Source of the DNA: Diploschistes diacapsis
Taxonomy: Eukaryota
DNA: 40,040 nt
Reading direction: 5' to 3'
Assembly (NCBI GenBank): GCA_023645945.1
Contig: JALAIB010000051.1
Location: 1 to 40,040 of the forward strand
Numbering within the stretch: position 1 is the first letter of the stretch; each line of letters opens with the position of its first letter. The notes under the pieces were generated by a model. The model worked only from the letters and a program-made list of their open reading frames with translations. It was not told where the DNA came from and searched no databases. Of this stretch, positions 35,298 to 40,040 are shown in pieces. Position numbers and translations under genes: made by a program.

Positions 35298-36767
35298 CTA
35301 TCGGTTGGGCTTCTGTCCTATGCACACATACCTACTTGACGTCAGCAGGAAAGGTAGGAATGACAGCATCGGATAGCTTACAGTGGGAAATAGGCTTTAA
35401 GATCCGGATTGACCGCCTCTTTGGATGCCCCAGAAATCAGTTCGTCAAACTCGCGAATCGGCATTACAAGGTTCCTCGTGAAGGCAAAAAGAGCATGGCT
35501 ACGCAGCGTGTCACTGACGATCGCTTTAATGCGTTCCCCAATCTGTCGTTCTCGTGCATCTAACGTTCCCCAAAGAAGTGAGATATCATGAAAAGCTACT
35601 ATCGCCACAGACAAGAGTATTACGGTCATGCAAAGAAACACAGTGGACGGACGACTTACCTCTTGGCCATGGGCACAGGGGAATGGGGATCATTTTGGTC
35701 TCAACATTCGCCATGCCAGCCTCTCTAAGCAATGTCTGGAGCTGCATTGGTGCTCTCGGATCCTTGAGAACCTCCAATGCTCGCATATAATTGACGCTCC
35801 ACTTTCTCAAAGCGTGCTCAGCTGTTAAGGATCCATTGTCTGACTGACACATTTGGTACCACTCGACCATCTGGCACCATCCTCCTGGTTTCAGCACCCT
35901 GTTTCTCATGAGCAATGAGCCGCTTCTGGGCCTTCCGAGGACTAGCAGTCCGAAGCATACCTTGCGATGTCCCTTATGTACGAACTCCACCTTGTCTTAT
36001 TGATACCGCTATCCACTCCTCGAGATTGAACTAGGTCAAAATGATTGGAAGGGAACGTGAAGGTTCTATTAAGGTCGTCGAGCTGCTCGTGTTTCCACGT
36101 TAGCATATAACATCGTGACTGGAGGTAGCAACGTGGGACTGCTATGCTTGTTGAATACCACGGTGCCGCTTTTTGCTCTTAAAGAGAAGGGAACAAGTCT
36201 CTTGCATACCAAGCCAAAAGGGTGGTCCCTCACTGAAACGAAGGATTGAGGCTTACTTGAGGTTCAAAGTTGTCAGGCAGGTCATCAGGTAACATGTGTG
36301 ATGATATGTCCACGCCGACGATCTGTCCTTGTGTTCAATTGTTGTCGCATAGGGGATGCTTCCTTCGTACCTCGCTCTCGGGGTAATTATTTGCCATCTC
36401 AATTGCCCAAGACGCTGCTCCATACCCCAGATCGAGGATTCTATCAAGCCTAGTGGTGGGTGGGAAAACGAGACGACCATCGAAGACAAGATTCAAAATT
36501 CTGTGCAAGGTGTCCAAGCGTTCAGCTTCTTCCTGTATACCCTCAGTTTCTCGATACACAGCTGGATAGGGAAGGTGTACTATACATCGTCTACTGGTGA
36601 GAAGTGGACAGCATGGTCCACTGTATACTTCTGGTACTCTCGACCGTTGACAGTGATTGTGTGGAGGTATCGTGGATCCACGTCCGTTGTGCTCCCATGG
36701 CTCTCCCTAAGGATCTCATCAGTTTGTGAAAAGCTTACCGGAAGTGGTAGAGTTGTTCAGCTCACAT
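35298..36767 (-). CDS. Class I SAM-dependent methyltransferase, LaeA-like fungal family; about 8 exons
   Basis: Spliced: NGREYQ...PVDD|EEAERLDTLH...RILDLGYGAASWAIEMA..YPESE|IVGVDIS...NFEPQ|LDDLN..F...FDLVQSR...R|VLKPGGWCQMVE...IPLCPWP...L|YVCIGQKPNR*. All introns GT-AG; start AT|G split by intron 36707-36765. Confidence 0.9.
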
Positions 36768-39323
36768 TTCGAAGCATGGACTTATAAAAGATCCTTGAGA
36801 GGCAATGAAAGAGCTGAAGACAGCAGTACGAGCTGTCTTTAAAAAGCTATTTCGAAGACGTGATACAAAATTCATAGCCTCGTGAATAGTGCGTTCAATG
36901 CAAATAGCCTCGAGTTCGAAGCTTTTCTGGCAGCCCCCTATCTCGGGGACTTGTTCCGAACGGTTTCCACCGCATCGATGGGATTTAATAGGCTAATGGA
37001 CGCATGGTCCGTCTGTCTCTCGCAACCGCAGTCCATATTGTCTGTCTGCAGTCTGTCTGATTCGTCTATCTGACTCCCACGATGTCGCCTCATCCCAATA
37101 AACAAACTACTAATTGGCCCCCCACATCGTGAAGAAAGAGGTAAAGCGGTCCTTCAGGCTCGTGTCATGGAAGGGGAGCGAGATCTACAGGACTACGCCA
37201 TCCTCCCGTCCCGAACGGCTCAGGTGCGGTATGGGATTGGACTGAAGGCAGGACGGGACCAAATCGATGGTGGTCACATCTTGTTCAGTTGCAGAATGTT
37301 TTGCTGCTGGCACTATTCTGGAATCTACTACGGCTGGCGGAGATTTGTTGCGCAGCAGCACGTACCAGTGCTTAGTATCATCAATTTGAGTTGCAATGGC
37401 TGCCTGATCGCCCATGGAGCTGCAGATGTGTGTCTTGTCGCGGCCGGACTTCTGGGCTTGATGGAGTGGGCAACATTGCACGTGGTTAAGACGCCCTCTG
37501 TCTTGAGCGGATAAATGAGTATTTGGAATTGAAGTGATTATTGACCTACCATAGGCCCTACGGACCACCAAAGGCATTTCAGAGAACCGAAGACATGGCT
37601 CTGGGACAAGCTGCTTGATGCCAAATTCACATGCAAAGGTTCTACAAATATAGCTGCCTGGCGGAAAGAGACAGGATTTAGGACCGTGAATAAAGATGAA
37701 GATACTTCTCCTTATCCCATGCATGATCCCTTCTATTGATAATGAAAATCAGTCTAGGCAACTGAGAGCAGCAAATGCCGGCAGACAATGCCAATCGGAT
37801 GATGGGTCAGCGCAAGGTAATTACTGTCTTTGGACACGAGAACACTTCTTTCTCTTGAAGCGCACGAGGCGACATACGAACCGCTTCTGGGTAAATGCAT
37901 AATCGACGTCACCGTGCTGTGCAGGGATATCCCTGAGACGGTATGATTCTGCATCATCAACGCTCATGGTTTTGAAGGACCATTTTCCCGAAGCCACTTG
38001 ATTTTGGGGCAGTTGGTCGGAACCATCGAATTCACGGAACTCTTTTTGATATGAACTAGTTCTGCAGCTGTACCCGGTCTGTACTAGTGGTAGGGATAGC
38101 TAACATTCGCTCCCCGTTTGCAGATCTCATTAGAGGCATTAAGAGACGGAATTTTAAACCGAAGCGGTTCCCTTGTGGCCTTATCTAGACTGGTCAGGCA
38201 AAGCTCTTGAGTTCTTGAGGAGAACTCGGAGAAGAACTGCGCAGACTTGCGGCTTAATGGCGCTAAGGGCAACCGGCCTACAAGTTATGGGCCTCACGGT
38301 TTGCCATGTCAACGCACATTACGGAAAGACAATCACTATTTTCTCACATTATTGTAAGGGAACTATGTCTCCTGATAATGGTGCGTCCGAAGAGCGTCAA
38401 GCATGCCTTCGGGCTGTACCGCAGAGTCCTGACTATGAAATAAACATCCAAGAAGGGGCATCTTGGCCTCCAACTGCATGGCAATTCACGAGATCATGCT
38501 TTGAGAAGGCGCTCATAGATATCTCCGTAGTCTGTTTCGTAGCCAGCTTTCTGAATCAGGGATCTGCAGGAGCGTAGTCCGGACCGCCGTCGCATGCATT
38601 GTCATAGCCCTCACTCTGTATCTCCAAGCAACAGTCCAACTCTACCCCATTTCCTTGAGTGGCAGAATTGGCAGCAGCAAGTTGAAAGTAAGCTCACAAG
38701 GGCGAACAGCGCATCGTTGAAAGGCAGGGAGGGGCGGAACCAGACCAAGACGATGCTCGCTTGCTGGGATGGAGGAGATCTTTGATTTTCCCTGCCAGCT
38801 TGCCGTAACGTAACTACGTCCATCTATCGAGCTTTGGCCCAGGGGCTGGGGGGTGGCTATACTAATAATACCTTCCTTGTCTGCACGTTAGTCTGTCTAC
38901 ACGTCAGTTCATGCTGTTTCGATCGAGAATTTACTTGGGTTCATGCACAACAAATTCATGGCTGGAGAGTGATCTACCTTGACTCCTTTCGATCTTTGGT
39001 CCCTTTTGGCATGAGAAGAAGAAGAAGAAGATTTTGGCAGGGATGGGACGGCGGATGGAGGAAGGGGGAGCACGGTGCCTGGCTTTTGGCCAATGGAGGT
39101 AAGGATGAAGGAACTATTACTTTTTTTTTGCTAGGTAGGTAGGTAGCTTTGTGCGGGTCTGGGTCTGGGGTCTGGTACAATACTGCTGTAACTCGTTGCC
39201 ACCATATCAAGCACAGAGGGGCTTTTTTTTTCTTTTTCTTCCTTCCTTCCTTTTGCTTCAATCAGCCAAGCAACCAACCTTGGCTCGGAGGTCCTTCTTT
39301 CTCTCCCCGCTCCATCTCCAGCC

Positions 39324-40040
39324 CTACCGCCCCTTCCTCTCCCGCTCCCTCTCCACCTTCCTCAGCGCCCTCCTCCTCACGTCCTCGTGCATCCTCCGAT
39401 TCCTGCCCACCACCCAAGCGCCCATGAACCCCACCGTCTGACCCAGGACCCACTGCATCGCCGCATGGCCCCAGTACGGCGTGCTCGTGTACGCAAAGCC
39501 CTGCGCGCCACCGCTCCGCCCCACGCTCCTCATCACGCTCGCCACAAACGCCGCCGGCGTCGGCACCAGCGCCGACGAGCGCCGGATCTTGCTCATGCTG
39601 CCGGCGATGAGGTAGGATTGCACGAGCTCGACGGTGACCCCGCGCGGCGCGAGCTCGGCGCCGAGCGCGCTGGACCAGTGCTGCAGGAAGGCCTTGCTGC
39701 CGGAGTACGTGGCCAGCAGCGGCGTGGGCAGCAGGCCGGCGAAGGAGCCCATTGTCAGGACCAGCCCGCGCTTGCGCGAGACAAGGTGCGGCGCCACGAG
39801 CGAGGTGAGGCGCACGGTGCCGGTTATGTTCGTGGAGAGGATTTGCAGCATCTCGGAAGGAGGCGTGCTGTGGAAGGGGGTGGGGATCGAGTGGGATTGC
39901 CCGGCGTTGTTGATCAGGATGCCGATTTCGCCGTCTTGCGTCAGGGATTCGATGGTCGAGGAGAGGGAGTCCCAATCGGAAGGGGAGGTGGAGGAGAAGT
40001 CGAGGGCATGCGTGCGGACGGTGAGGGAGGGGTATTGGGG
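39324..40040 (-). CDS. IFA38: Very-long-chain 3-oxoacyl-CoA reductase (SDR), 3' part only; 5' end lies outside the window
   Basis: The frame is open to the window edge: ILINNAGQSHSIPTPF, RGLVLTMGSFAGLLPTPLLATYSGSKAFLQHWS (YxxxK), MSKIRRSS, TPYWGHA, basic C-terminal tail. Confidence 0.9.
   Translation of the reverse strand, partial: PQYPSLTVRTHALDFSSTSPSDWDSLSSTIESLTQDGEIGILINNAGQSHSIPTPFHSTPPSEMLQILSTNITGTVRLTSLVAPHLVSRKRGLVLTMGSFAGLLPTPLLATYSGSKAFLQHWSSALGAELAPRGVTVELVQSYLIAGSMSKIRRSSALVPTPAAFVASVMRSVGRSGGAQGFAYTSTPYWGHAAMQWVLGQTVGFMGAWVVGRNRRMHEDVRRRALRKVERERERKGR

Noticed and set aside
39262..39975. 237-aa Arg/Ala-rich ORF
   Set aside because: Alternative frame over the GC-rich IFA38 coding sequence.

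Overview
Eukaryotic, intron-containing DNA from a filamentous ascomycete (Pezizomycotina; short GT-AG introns with CTRAC branch points). Left arm, all minus strand: an intracellular GMC oxidoreductase, Dicer-like 2, a two-finger C2H2 protein and a 565-aa orphan. Middle: about 11 kb (14.8-25.9 kb) with no convincingly intact gene but several co-oriented, stop-interrupted gene relics, one with a weak resemblance to OTT_1508-like deaminases. Right arm, housekeeping genes: DDI1, a PAA1-like GNAT, RRP8, MTHFR (MET13-type), a LaeA-like methyltransferase and the 3' part of IFA38. The most notable observations are an apparent GG-AG intron needed to build the FAD-binding motif of the GMC gene, a hairpin-rich MTHFR leader overlapping alternative 5' splice sites, the relic island, a possible extra terminal Dicer exon, and two start codons split by introns. 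No tRNA, rRNA, CRISPR array or intact mobile element was recognised. All gene models were read by hand and no searches were run.
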